This document shows, piece by piece, positions 27,191 through 35,644 of a DNA stretch of 52,864 nt (the stretch's first letter is position 1; every line of letters begins with the position of its first letter). Source of the stretch: Nitrospirales bacterium (GTDB taxonomy: Bacteria; Nitrospirota; Nitrospiria; Nitrospirales; NS-4); assembly GCA_036005325.1 (NCBI GenBank), contig DASYQR010000130.1, forward strand, positions 1 to 52,864. The letters run 5' to 3'. The translations under genes and the position numbers were made by a program. Below the pieces are notes generated by a model. That model was not told the origin of the DNA. It ran no database searches and saw only the letters and a program-made list of their open reading frames with translations.

Positions 27191-27880
27191 ATGGCGCTCC
27201 CTTATTACGTGTCCCCCGAGCAAATGATGGCCGACAAGGCCGAGTATGCCAAGAAGGGCATCGCCAAGGGCCGTTCGATTATCGCGATGGAATTCACGGA
27301 AGGTGTGTTGTTGGTGGCGGACAATCCCAGCGCGTCGCTGCACAAGATTTCCGAGATGTACGACCGGATCGCGTTTTCAGGCGCCGGCAAGTACAATGAG
27401 TTCGAGATGCTCCGCAAGGCGGGCATCCGGCACGCCGATCTCAAAGGGTACACATACAGCCGGGAGGATGTGACGGCGAAATCGCTGGCCAACGCCTATT
27501 CGCAATCCATCGGAAGCCTCTTCAGTGTCGAGCCGAAGCCGCTCGAAGTGGAGCTGCTGGTCGTCGAGGTGGGCCAGGGAGAGAAGCCCAGCGAAATCTA
27601 CCGGATCTCCTTCGACGGGAGTATTATTGATGAACGGGGTGTGGCAGTGATCGGCGGGAAGTCCGAGGCGTTGATGACGTTCCTGAAAAACCGGTGGAAG
27701 GCCCCGACCGTCTCATTGCGGGATGCGTTGAAGCTGAGCGTTGAGGCCTTGGAGACCGTGACAAACCAGAAACTGGGGCCGGAGGTGCTCGAGGTGGCGG
27801 TGCTGGACCGCACCAAGCCCGGGCGCACCTTTCGCCGGATCGCCTCCGCAGAAGCGAGATCGCTCTTGAATTCGCCATGA
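27191..27880 (+). CDS. prcA: Proteasome alpha subunit PrcA
   Basis: YYVSPEQMMADKAEYAKKGIAKGRS.. is a typical bacterial alpha-subunit N-terminus. 2-nt gap after prcB. Confidence 0.93.
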   Translation: MALPYYVSPEQMMADKAEYAKKGIAKGRSIIAMEFTEGVLLVADNPSASLHKISEMYDRIAFSGAGKYNEFEMLRKAGIRHADLKGYTYSREDVTAKSLANAYSQSIGSLFSVEPKPLEVELLVVEVGQGEKPSEIYRISFDGSIIDERGVAVIGGKSEALMTFLKNRWKAPTVSLRDALKLSVEALETVTNQKLGPEVLEVAVLDRTKPGRTFRRIASAEARSLLNSP

Positions 27881-29253
27881 AGCCGCGCATCTTCGGCCTC
27901 GAGAACGAATACGGCCTGATCTTCTCCCCGAACGGGCGCATCTACCTTCCCATCGAAAAAATCCTCGGTTACATCTTCGAAGGTCTCATCCCCAACAGCT
28001 GGCCCTCGAACGCGTTCCTCGTGAACGGCGCGCGTTTCTATCAGGACACCGGATGCCATCCCGAGTATTCGACGCCGGAGTGCGACAACATCGAGGATCT
28101 GGTCGTGCACGACAAGGCGGGCGAGCGCCTCTTGGAAGCCTGTCTGCCGGCCGCCGAGGAGCGCCTCCGCGAGGAAGGCCTCTCGGGCGAGATCTATATC
28201 TTCAAGAACAACACGGACTCGCTGGGCAACACGTACGGTTGTCACGAAAACTTTTTGATGCGGCGGGACGTGGACTTCTGGAAAGTGACCGAGCAACTCA
28301 TTCCTTTCTTCGTGACACGGCAGATCTTTGCCGGCGCGGGCAAGGTCCTCAAGGTCTCCGGCAAGGCCCAGCTCTTCATCGCCCAGCGGGCTCAGCACAT
28401 TCACGAGAAGACGTCCTCGTCCACCACGTCGTCCCGCAGCATCATCAACACCCGCGATGAGCCCCACGCCGACGCGGAGAAATACCGGAGGCTGCACATC
28501 ATCGTCGGCGACTCGAACATGTCGGAGATCGCCACCTACCTCAAGGTCGGCACGGCGGCGCTGGTGCTCTCGATGATCGAGGACGGGTACACCGTGTCCC
28601 ACATCGAACTGGATGACCCGGTCAAAGCCATCCGGGAGATCGCGCGCGATACGACACTCAAAAAGAAGATCAAGCTTGAGGACGGGCGCGAGTTGACGGC
28701 CATCGAAATCCAGCGCATCTACCTGGAACGCGCCATGGAATATCTCTGGTCCCTCGACGATGATCCGGTCGCCGCCGACGTGGTGCGTCGCTGGGAGGAC
28801 GTGCTTATCCGCCTCGAGGACGACCCCATGCAGCTCTGCCATGAGCTGGATTGGGTCATCAAGAAGCGGCTCATGCTCGAGTACATGGACAAGAAAGAGT
28901 GCGGGTGGGACGATCCGCGAATCACCATGATGGATCTCCAATACCACGACGTAAAGCGGACCAGGGGCCTGTACTATCTGCTGGAAAAGCAGGGTCTGGC
29001 GGAACGACTGGTGCCTGAGGACGCCGTGCAGCACGCCATGACGAACCCTCCCCAGACGACGCGCGCCAAAGTGCGGGGCGACTTCATCCGGTTCGCGCGC
29101 GCGAAGAATCGGTCCTACACGGTGGACTGGACCTATCTCAAACTCAACGGGTACTGGGAGGAGACCATCCTCTGCATGGACCCTTTCAGCTCGACCAACC
29201 GTCGCGTGGAAGAGCTCCTCTCCCAGGTTTCAGGCCAGCGTGCGTTTCGATAA
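27877..29253 (+). CDS. pafA: Pup--protein ligase PafA
   Basis: IFGLENEYG.., SSSTTSSRSIINTRDEPHADAEKYRRLHIIVGDSNMSE is a close PafA-type signature. ATGA overlap with prcA. Confidence 0.88.
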   Translation: MKPRIFGLENEYGLIFSPNGRIYLPIEKILGYIFEGLIPNSWPSNAFLVNGARFYQDTGCHPEYSTPECDNIEDLVVHDKAGERLLEACLPAAEERLREEGLSGEIYIFKNNTDSLGNTYGCHENFLMRRDVDFWKVTEQLIPFFVTRQIFAGAGKVLKVSGKAQLFIAQRAQHIHEKTSSSTTSSRSIINTRDEPHADAEKYRRLHIIVGDSNMSEIATYLKVGTAALVLSMIEDGYTVSHIELDDPVKAIREIARDTTLKKKIKLEDGRELTAIEIQRIYLERAMEYLWSLDDDPVAADVVRRWEDVLIRLEDDPMQLCHELDWVIKKRLMLEYMDKKECGWDDPRITMMDLQYHDVKRTRGLYYLLEKQGLAERLVPEDAVQHAMTNPPQTTRAKVRGDFIRFARAKNRSYTVDWTYLKLNGYWEETILCMDPFSSTNRRVEELLSQVSGQRAFR

Positions 29254-30139
29254 TGTGATTACGGGGCGCCTGCGAGCGTTTGCCGTTTTCCTTGCCACAG
29301 TTCCTCTCGTATGTCTGAGCGTCGCGGGCCAACCTGGGGCCACGGAGCCTGCCGACAAAGTCCTTAAGACAAAGCAGGGAGACGTCATTTATTTCACGCT
29401 GAACGTCGAGGGCGAGCCCACGTCCGTCCAAGGACGGTTCCATGACCGTCTCGTGCCATTTTTCAAGACGGGGCCAGCGGGAGGATTCGGCGCGTTAGTC
29501 GGCATTGATATGGCCGACGCTCCCGACACGGCCGATCTGAAGGCGGAGATCACGTATGCCGACGGGGTACGCAAGCGGGTGTTTCGAGTCGCCGTGGCGG
29601 CCGAACATTTTCGCGAGCAGCGGATGACGCTCCCGAAGGAACAGGTCGAGCCGGACGACGCCGCGTTGAAGCGGATTGCCTTGGAAAAGGAAAAAGTGAA
29701 GGCGGTGCTGGCAGCCTTGACCACTGAACGTCTCTGGGCCCATGCGTTCATCGTGCCGGTGGAGGGGACTGCGTCAGGGGCGTTTGGCAGCAAGCGCATC
29801 CTGAACGGCCAGCCACGCAACCAGCACAACGGTGAGGATATCGCGGCGCCGCTCGGGACGCCGGTCAAGGCGACCAACGACGGCATCGTCAAGATGGTGG
29901 ATGACCACTTTTTCAGCGGCAAGGGCGTCATCCTCGATCACGGGCTCGGCCTGTTCACCATGTACTTTCACCTGGACACGGCCACGGTCAAGGAGGGGGA
30001 ACGCGTGAAGCGGGGGGATGTGATCGGGACGGTCGGCCAGTCCGGGCGCGCCACCGGCCCGCACCTACACTGGGGCGCATGGCTCAACGGCTCGCGCGTG
30101 AACCCGTTTGCCCTCGCCAAACTCCCGCTCGATAAATAA
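29240..30139 (+). CDS. Secreted M23-family metallopeptidase
   Basis: Signal peptide. HNGEDIAAPLGTPV.., LDHGLGLFTMYFHL, GQSGRATGPHLHW. Overlaps the pafA stop by 14 nt. Confidence 0.88.
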   Translation: MRFDNVITGRLRAFAVFLATVPLVCLSVAGQPGATEPADKVLKTKQGDVIYFTLNVEGEPTSVQGRFHDRLVPFFKTGPAGGFGALVGIDMADAPDTADLKAEITYADGVRKRVFRVAVAAEHFREQRMTLPKEQVEPDDAALKRIALEKEKVKAVLAALTTERLWAHAFIVPVEGTASGAFGSKRILNGQPRNQHNGEDIAAPLGTPVKATNDGIVKMVDDHFFSGKGVILDHGLGLFTMYFHLDTATVKEGERVKRGDVIGTVGQSGRATGPHLHWGAWLNGSRVNPFALAKLPLDK

Positions 30140-30271
30140 CGCAGATCCTGTCGCCTGCGTCTATGGGGTCCTGTCGGCTTGGCATCCCGCCGTGCTCCGA
30201 AAAGCTGCGCGCGGCGGGAGCCCTGCGCCCGCCGCCACCCCGCCGCCTCCGGCGCCATCGGCGCTACCCGC

Positions 30272-30300
30272 TTGACTCCGTAACCCCGGTGGCCTAGCCT
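30272..30300 (+). promoter_or_regulatory. Sigma-70-like promoter TTGACT-N17-TAGCCT
   Basis: Exact 17-nt spacing. Same -10 hexamer as the promoter at 4213..4241. Confidence 0.4.
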
Positions 30301-30403
30301 TTCTAGCATGATGCTCCCGGCTTCAACCTTTTCCCTCCTTCCCGTGTCTCATAGAGAGAAGCGCAACGTTGCGTCTCCACCAACACGGGAAAGGATGAAG
30401 CTT

Positions 30404-30763
30404 ATGGGGCTTACCTACATCAACGCGACTGTCATCAATCCTGCCGATAGCAAGAAACGGATGAAGCTGGAGTTTCTCGTTGACTCGGGCGCTGTGTACA
30501 GCGTGGTTCCTCAAGCGGTTCTTAAGAAGCTGGGCATCAAGCCATGCGGGCGCAAAGAATTCACGTTGGCGGATGGAACCCCGATCATGCGCAAGTTTGG
30601 AAACGCGCTGTTCGCGTTTCGAAAAACTCCGGGCGCGTCGCCTGTCATCTTCGGCGAGAAAGGCGACACGCCGCTGCTCGGCATGGTCTCACTGGAGGCG
30701 CTGGGCTACATCCTTGATCCACTTCGCCGCGAACTCCGCCCGCTGCCGATGGTGCTGGGATAG
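30404..30763 (+). CDS. Retropepsin-like (clan AA) aspartic protease
   Basis: FLVDSGAVYSVVP active-site DSGA motif, ..LLGMVSLEALG. Start at the ATG at 30404 or 30395 (AAGGA RBS). Confidence 0.7.
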   Translation: MGLTYINATVINPADSKKRMKLEFLVDSGAVYSVVPQAVLKKLGIKPCGRKEFTLADGTPIMRKFGNALFAFRKTPGASPVIFGEKGDTPLLGMVSLEALGYILDPLRRELRPLPMVLG

Positions 30764-30852
30764 AGGGGTTCGAGTTCCAGCGGGGAACCACCTAGTCGAG
30801 TCACCGTTTCCTGGCGACGGCTTTCGTAAATGAGAGAGAAGGGAGCAGTAGC

Positions 30853-31182
30853 ATGCAGCCCGACGATGAGGACTTGCGGCGAAGTGGAACAGATAAAGCC
30901 AATCGTCTCCGATGGGCGCGAACCGTATTGGAGCGCAAGGGGAGAAGTAAGAATTGTTACCCCTCATGGATTGTTACAATCGGCCTAATTCTCGGAGTTC
31001 TTGGCTTGTTTGCCTTCACTGTAAGCATTTTGAAGAAAGTCCAATCCGGTCATGGTCTGGACACCTATAGGACTGCGGCAGGTGTGGAATTTACGTATAG
31101 CGGGGCCTTAATTCTTCTTGTGCTCATCGTTGTGACGCTTATTGCTGGGTTCATCATCCGATATCGCAAAAGATTGAAATAG
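30853..31182 (+). CDS. Two-TM membrane protein, function unknown, in a low-GC patch
   Basis: GGGAG RBS. TM segments WIVTIGLILGVLGLFAFTVSIL and ALILLVLIVVTLIAGFII. Confidence 0.55.
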   Translation: MQPDDEDLRRSGTDKANRLRWARTVLERKGRSKNCYPSWIVTIGLILGVLGLFAFTVSILKKVQSGHGLDTYRTAAGVEFTYSGALILLVLIVVTLIAGFIIRYRKRLK

Positions 31183-31218
31183 GCAGAAGAATTAGTGGCA
31201 GAAGAATTAGGGGCAGAG
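31182..31218 (+). repeat. 15-nt tandem repeat, 2.5 copies (GGCAGAAGAATTAGN)
   Basis: ggcagaagaattagt / ggcagaagaattagg / ggcagag, directly after the stop codon at 31180..31182. Confidence 0.6.
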
Positions 31219-31258
31219 TCGGTTTTTTCAAGTACGCAACCAGTTCGAGCAAATCCAG

Positions 31259-32137
31259 ATGCCTCCCCCGGGAATTTCCATTCAAAACCTGAAAGCCCAC
31301 GTGCAAACGCTCGCAGGGGAGATCGGGGAGCGGAATGTGTTCCGGCCCAAGGCGCTGCGCCGCGCGGAGGAGTACATCGAACAGACGTGGCGCGCGCAGG
31401 GCTACGAGGTTACGCGCCAGGAGTACGTCGTCGGCGGCGAGAAATGGGCCAACCTGGAAGTCACGCGTCGCAGCCGGAAGCAGCCGGCCGCCTTCCTTCT
31501 CCTGGGCGCGCACTACGATTCGGTCGTGGGCTGTCCGGGCGCCAACGATAACGCGACCGGCGTTGCGGCCCTGCTGGAGATCGCCCGCAGCTTCACCGCC
31601 ATCGAGCCGGCGGCGTCCGTGCGGTTCGTCGCATTTGTGAATGAGGAGTCGCCCTTTTTCCAGACCGCACAGATGGGAAGTCATGTGTACGCGCAGATGG
31701 CCCGCAAGCGGGGCGACGACATTCGCGCGATGGTCTCTCTGGAAACCATCGGCTATTACAGCGACGCGCCGGGCAGCCAGCAGTTCCCTTTCCCGTCGTG
31801 GGCGTATAATTTGGCGTTTCCCGACCGGGGCAATTTTGTCGTCTTTGCGTCCAACTGGGGTTCACGAGTGGTCACGCGTCGGGTGGAGGCGTTGTTTCGC
31901 GCCCATTCCGATTTCCCGGTGGAATCGATTTCCACGTTCGAGGTTGTTCCTGGCGTGGACTGGAGCGACCACAGCTCGTTCTGGCGCGTGGGCTATCCGG
32001 CGTTCATGGTCACCGATACTGCGCTGTACCGCTACCCACACTATCACTTGCCGACGGACACGCCGGACAAGGTCAACTACGGCGCGCTGGCCCGAGTCGT
32101 GCAAGGGCTGGCCGGTGCCTTTCGCGCCTTCCAATGA
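31259..32137 (+). CDS. M28-family aminopeptidase
   Basis: LLLGAHYDSVVGCPGANDNATGVAALLEIAR, VRFVAFVNEE. Confidence 0.85.
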   Translation: MPPPGISIQNLKAHVQTLAGEIGERNVFRPKALRRAEEYIEQTWRAQGYEVTRQEYVVGGEKWANLEVTRRSRKQPAAFLLLGAHYDSVVGCPGANDNATGVAALLEIARSFTAIEPAASVRFVAFVNEESPFFQTAQMGSHVYAQMARKRGDDIRAMVSLETIGYYSDAPGSQQFPFPSWAYNLAFPDRGNFVVFASNWGSRVVTRRVEALFRAHSDFPVESISTFEVVPGVDWSDHSSFWRVGYPAFMVTDTALYRYPHYHLPTDTPDKVNYGALARVVQGLAGAFRAFQ

Positions 32138-32152
32138 TACGCGGCACTGCTG

Positions 32153-32503
32153 CTATCCTTCCTTCTGGTAAGTTTCACAGGCGGACACGTCGATCGTGTA
32201 GGTCCGGCGGCACTCGCCGCAGCGGAATTTGACGGCGTCCTGTACCACGTCCACCAGGCTGACGCGCAGTTCGGCGGGATGCGCGGCGGCGCATTTCGCC
32301 AGATCACCCGTGGCTTCCTTTGCCGCCGCGCTGACCTCGCCCTCGCGGGTCGTGAGCGAGCGGAAGGTGAACCGGTGTCGCATGTGGCAGTTGGTGCAGG
32401 CCACGGACACGCGGTCCGGCGGCAGCAAGGCTTTGAAGCTCAACGAGAGGGGATGGGCTGCGAAACATTGTTGCGCGAAGGCGCCGCTTTTAAATGTTGG
32501 CAT
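32153..32503 (-). CDS. Hypothetical double zinc-ribbon-like protein
   Basis: CTNCH... and CGEC... pairs in two similar half-units (VACTNCHMRHRFTF / FRCGECRRTYTI). Confidence 0.5.
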   Translation of the reverse strand: MPTFKSGAFAQQCFAAHPLSLSFKALLPPDRVSVACTNCHMRHRFTFRSLTTREGEVSAAAKEATGDLAKCAAAHPAELRVSLVDVVQDAVKFRCGECRRTYTIDVSACETYQKEG

Positions 32504-32510
32504 GAGGCAA

Positions 32511-32688
32511 GCCCGGATTACTCGTGAATGCCGTAGCGAGGCAATTGAGACCGAAGCCCGCCGTGGCTTCTCGCAAGTGAGGGCGACGCAGGCGTACCCG
32601 CAGTGGTACGTCGAGGAGACCGAGCGAGAAAAGCCGCGCCGGGCGAGAGGATCGGCTGCCGCAGTAGGTGTTCATGAATAGTCCGGGC
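32511..32688. repeat. 178-nt intergenic element closed by 18-nt imperfect inverted repeats, with nested internal hairpins
   Basis: GCCCGGATTACTCGTGAA (32511..32528) pairs with TTCATGAATAGTCCGGGC (32671..32688), 15/18 Watson-Crick. Internal stems include GAAGCC/GGCTTC, TCTCGC/GCGAGA, CGACG/CGTCG and GTACC/GGTAC. Confidence 0.5.
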
Positions 32689-34130
32689 TATAGGTTGGTC
32701 GGAATGCTGGACGGCGCCTTATTGAGCACCGCATCCGCGGCACGAGAGAGCTCAGCGTCATAGTTGTGGCTGGGCGCGTAAACGCGGAATACTATGATGC
32801 GTGTCGGGAGGAGGTCCAGGAATTCTTCGAGCGGTTCGGTCGACACGGCTTGCGTGGCCGGATCGTAGACGTACAAGGGGACGCCGCGTGTGTCTTTTGG
32901 GTCGGGACGCGGGTCCAGCGGGGCCATGTCCACCCGGAATGGAATTCTGTGCAGTTTGGCCGGTAATTCCTTCTGGATCAGCGCTTCGAAGTGCTCACGG
33001 CTCGGAAAGTCCATCCCGCGTTCCTGTCCCTTTTCTTTCAGGATCGTGTTGTAGGCCATCTTCCACTTGACGTCACGGCCGAGGACGAGGGCCCACTCCT
33101 CGCCGAGCCGTCGACGCGTCGCCTGCCGGGACTTTGTCCATCCCCGGACTTCCTCCAGCAAGGACCAGTCCGTGAGGTGCAGGTACTCCTCCATCTTCTT
33201 GCGCGGGTCGTGCGGGAAGACGAGCCGCATCGTGTCGCCGAAGATCTCGCGGAGGTGGATGTCAATCGCCCGCGTCGTCCGGTGGTAGTACACGTTGGAG
33301 TACAGGTACATCCGTGTGTTCAGGAACATCTGGAGCGCGGGCAGGCCGGTTTTGTGGATGGTGAAGCCCTTGCCGGTGATCATCGTGTAATGGATGAGCC
33401 GGCTGAGGTCCACCGGGCCGACGGCCACGCCGCACATGTAGGAGTCGCGGAGGACATAATCCAGGTTATCCCCCGTATAGCTGCCGGAAATGATCGGTTG
33501 GAGAAAGTTCAGCCATCGCGGCATCCGCGAACTGTCCTTGCCTTTTTCCTTCAGGATGAGATGCGCGACCTGGTTGGGGTCCAGCTCCTCGCCCTTGGCG
33601 AAGGGCCCCGAAGGGCTCCGGCGGATCCTCCGGATGGTCGGGCCGAGGTGCTCCCGAATGATGAGTTGTCCGAGTTTCTCATGGGTCAGGTGGAACTGCT
33701 CGAGGAAGTTCTCGTCGAAGAAATGACAGAATGGCCCGTGTCCGATGTCATGGACGAGGGCGGTGACGCGGAGCAGCTCTTCGATGTAGCTGGCCGAGGG
33801 GACGTCCCGGATGACCTTGGTTAAAAAGGGATAGAGGTGCCGTGCGAACCGGCCGGCGACGTGCATGGCGCCAAGCGAGTGGACGAAGCGGCTATGCTCG
33901 GCCGACGGATAGACCCACCGGGCGCTCTGGAGTTGGTAGATATATCGGAGTCGCTGGGCCCACGATGAATCGATGAGGTCCTTCTCGGTGGCCTCCTGCG
34001 GATCGTTGCGAACGGCGCTCTTCTCGGAGAGGGCGAAGGGGACGGTGAAGGTGATGTATTCGTGGATCGGGTCGGCGATCAGGGCCGAACCGTCATAGTG
34101 GGATTTGCCGAGGGAGGGATGGGGCGTCAC
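32688..34130 (-). CDS. HD-domain phosphohydrolase, SAMHD1/dNTP triphosphohydrolase-like
   Basis: DPIHEYITF.., QRLRYIYQL, HSRFVHSLGAMHVA, LVHDIGHGPFCHFFD, DNLDYVLRDSYMCGV. Confidence 0.8.
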   Translation of the reverse strand: MTPHPSLGKSHYDGSALIADPIHEYITFTVPFALSEKSAVRNDPQEATEKDLIDSSWAQRLRYIYQLQSARWVYPSAEHSRFVHSLGAMHVAGRFARHLYPFLTKVIRDVPSASYIEELLRVTALVHDIGHGPFCHFFDENFLEQFHLTHEKLGQLIIREHLGPTIRRIRRSPSGPFAKGEELDPNQVAHLILKEKGKDSSRMPRWLNFLQPIISGSYTGDNLDYVLRDSYMCGVAVGPVDLSRLIHYTMITGKGFTIHKTGLPALQMFLNTRMYLYSNVYYHRTTRAIDIHLREIFGDTMRLVFPHDPRKKMEEYLHLTDWSLLEEVRGWTKSRQATRRRLGEEWALVLGRDVKWKMAYNTILKEKGQERGMDFPSREHFEALIQKELPAKLHRIPFRVDMAPLDPRPDPKDTRGVPLYVYDPATQAVSTEPLEEFLDLLPTRIIVFRVYAPSHNYDAELSRAADAVLNKAPSSIPTNL

Positions 34131-34142
34131 CAGAAAAATCTA

Positions 34143-34643
34143 TCACGATGAAGGTGGGGGCGCAAGGTGCTTCATCCGTGCCTGATGCTCCCGGAATCGG
34201 ACGACGGCTTGGTAGAGCAGAATGTATCCGACGACCGCTCCGATAGTCCCCAGAAGCACGTGTCCTACGACGAAGGGGACCAGATAGGGATAGAAGTGAT
34301 CCCACAGGAGCCGGAACTTATCCACCCACAGCAGGGACTTGAACGCGATCCAATCAATGTTGGGCGGGGGACCGACCGGGTCCAGGAGCAAGCCCACCCA
34401 CATGCTGCCGGCGACGATCGGCACGAAGGTCCAAGGGTTGTTGACCAGATTGCCCGCCATCAAGGCCACGAGGTTCAAGCGAAAGGCCCAGGCGCAGAGC
34501 AGCGCGGTGACAAAGTGGAGGCCATAAGTGGGAGAAAAAGCGATGAAGACCCCGACGGCAAAGGCCAGAGCAGTGCGTTGGGGTGAGTCGCCCAGATGCA
34601 GAATCTGATGGAGCTTCTCCTTGATGACGGTGAGAGATATCAT
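34143..34643 (-). CDS. DUF2062-family membrane protein
   Basis: SPQRTALAFAVGVFIAFSPTYGLHFVTALLCAWAFRLNLVALMAGNLVNNPWT. Confidence 0.8.
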   Translation of the reverse strand: MISLTVIKEKLHQILHLGDSPQRTALAFAVGVFIAFSPTYGLHFVTALLCAWAFRLNLVALMAGNLVNNPWTFVPIVAGSMWVGLLLDPVGPPPNIDWIAFKSLLWVDKFRLLWDHFYPYLVPFVVGHVLLGTIGAVVGYILLYQAVVRFREHQARMKHLAPPPSS

Positions 34644-35644
34644 CCCACACGGTGCTCATAGCCTTTGGCGGCCAGCGGACGAACGGAGCCGTTGGTCCCA
34701 ATGATACGAAGTCCCTGGCTTGCCGGGACGATTCGGCCGATGGCGGTCGCTCGCAGCCGCCGGCGGCTGATGAGCGCCTCGACGCGTCGAACTTTGGGCG
34801 GGGAAACGGCGAACAGCAGTTCATAGTCTTCCCCGCCGCTGAGCGCATACGCGATCGGATCCCGTCGTCGGCTCCGTGCATGAGCGAGGAGCGCCGGCGA
34901 CAACGGGAACTTCCGGGCGTCTAATAGGCAACCGACTCCGCTCTCCTCACAAATGTGCCGCACGTCCCCCGCCAACCCATCCGACAGATCAATGGCCGCG
35001 CTGGCCAACCGGTTCTCGGCCAGCAGCCGGGCCTCATGCAGCCGTGCCGTCGGCACCAAGTGGCGGCCAGTCAGGTAGGGACTGGTGCGCTTGCGCGCCT
35101 GCAGCAGTTCCAATCCGGCCTGCGCATCACCCACTGTGCCGGTCACATAGAGATAGTCGCCGGCATGGGCGGTTGACCGCCGAAGCACCTCGCGGGGCGC
35201 GGTCTCTCCCAGCACGACGATCGTCAAGAACAGATCGCGGCGCGAGACGGAGGTGTCGCCGCCGATGATTGCCACATCGGCCCCTCGGCACGCGGTGTGC
35301 ACTCCCGCATACAGCGCTTCGACATCACGGGATGACTCGCGAGGGGTGAGGGCCAGGGCCATCAGCACGAAGCGGGGGATACCTCCCATCGCCGCGATGT
35401 CACTGAAATTGACCATGGCGGCCTTGTATCCGAGTTGCCGGTAGGAGGTGCACCTCAGATCGAAGTGAACATGCTCGGCAAGCAGGTCGGTGGTCACCAG
35501 CAAGACATGTCCGGGCTGGGGTTTTAGGACGGCAGCGTCATCGCCGATTCCCGCCACGACCGATTCCCTTAAGGCGCGCGGAACTCGTGTCGCTTGCCGG
35601 AGACGTTGGATCAGCTCGAACTCGCCGATGCGGCTTCGGCGCAT
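34640..35644 (-). CDS. thiL: Thiamine-monophosphate kinase ThiL
   Basis: Start trimmed to [15 protein letters not shown] (TGATG overlap with the lon stop). GIGDDAAVL, LVTTDLLAEHVHF, GGDT. Confidence 0.9.
   Translation of the reverse strand: MRRSRIGEFELIQRLRQATRVPRALRESVVAGIGDDAAVLKPQPGHVLLVTTDLLAEHVHFDLRCTSYRQLGYKAAMVNFSDIAAMGGIPRFVLMALALTPRESSRDVEALYAGVHTACRGADVAIIGGDTSVSRRDLFLTIVVLGETAPREVLRRSTAHAGDYLYVTGTVGDAQAGLELLQARKRTSPYLTGRHLVPTARLHEARLLAENRLASAAIDLSDGLAGDVRHICEESGVGCLLDARKFPLSPALLAHARSRRRDPIAYALSGGEDYELLFAVSPPKVRRVEALISRRRLRATAIGRIVPASQGLRIIGTNGSVRPLAAKGYEHRVG

Noticed and set aside
30765-30795. GGTTCGAGTTCC string resembling a tRNA T-arm, possibly a tRNA 3' fragment marking an integration site
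   Set aside because: The flanking bases cannot form the T-stem or an acceptor stem. There is no CCA context, no integrase and no matching direct repeat nearby.
31182-31218. Short tandem repeat considered as a possible CRISPR or minisatellite
   Set aside because: Only 2.5 directly adjacent 15-nt units with no spacers. Kept only as a simple tandem repeat.
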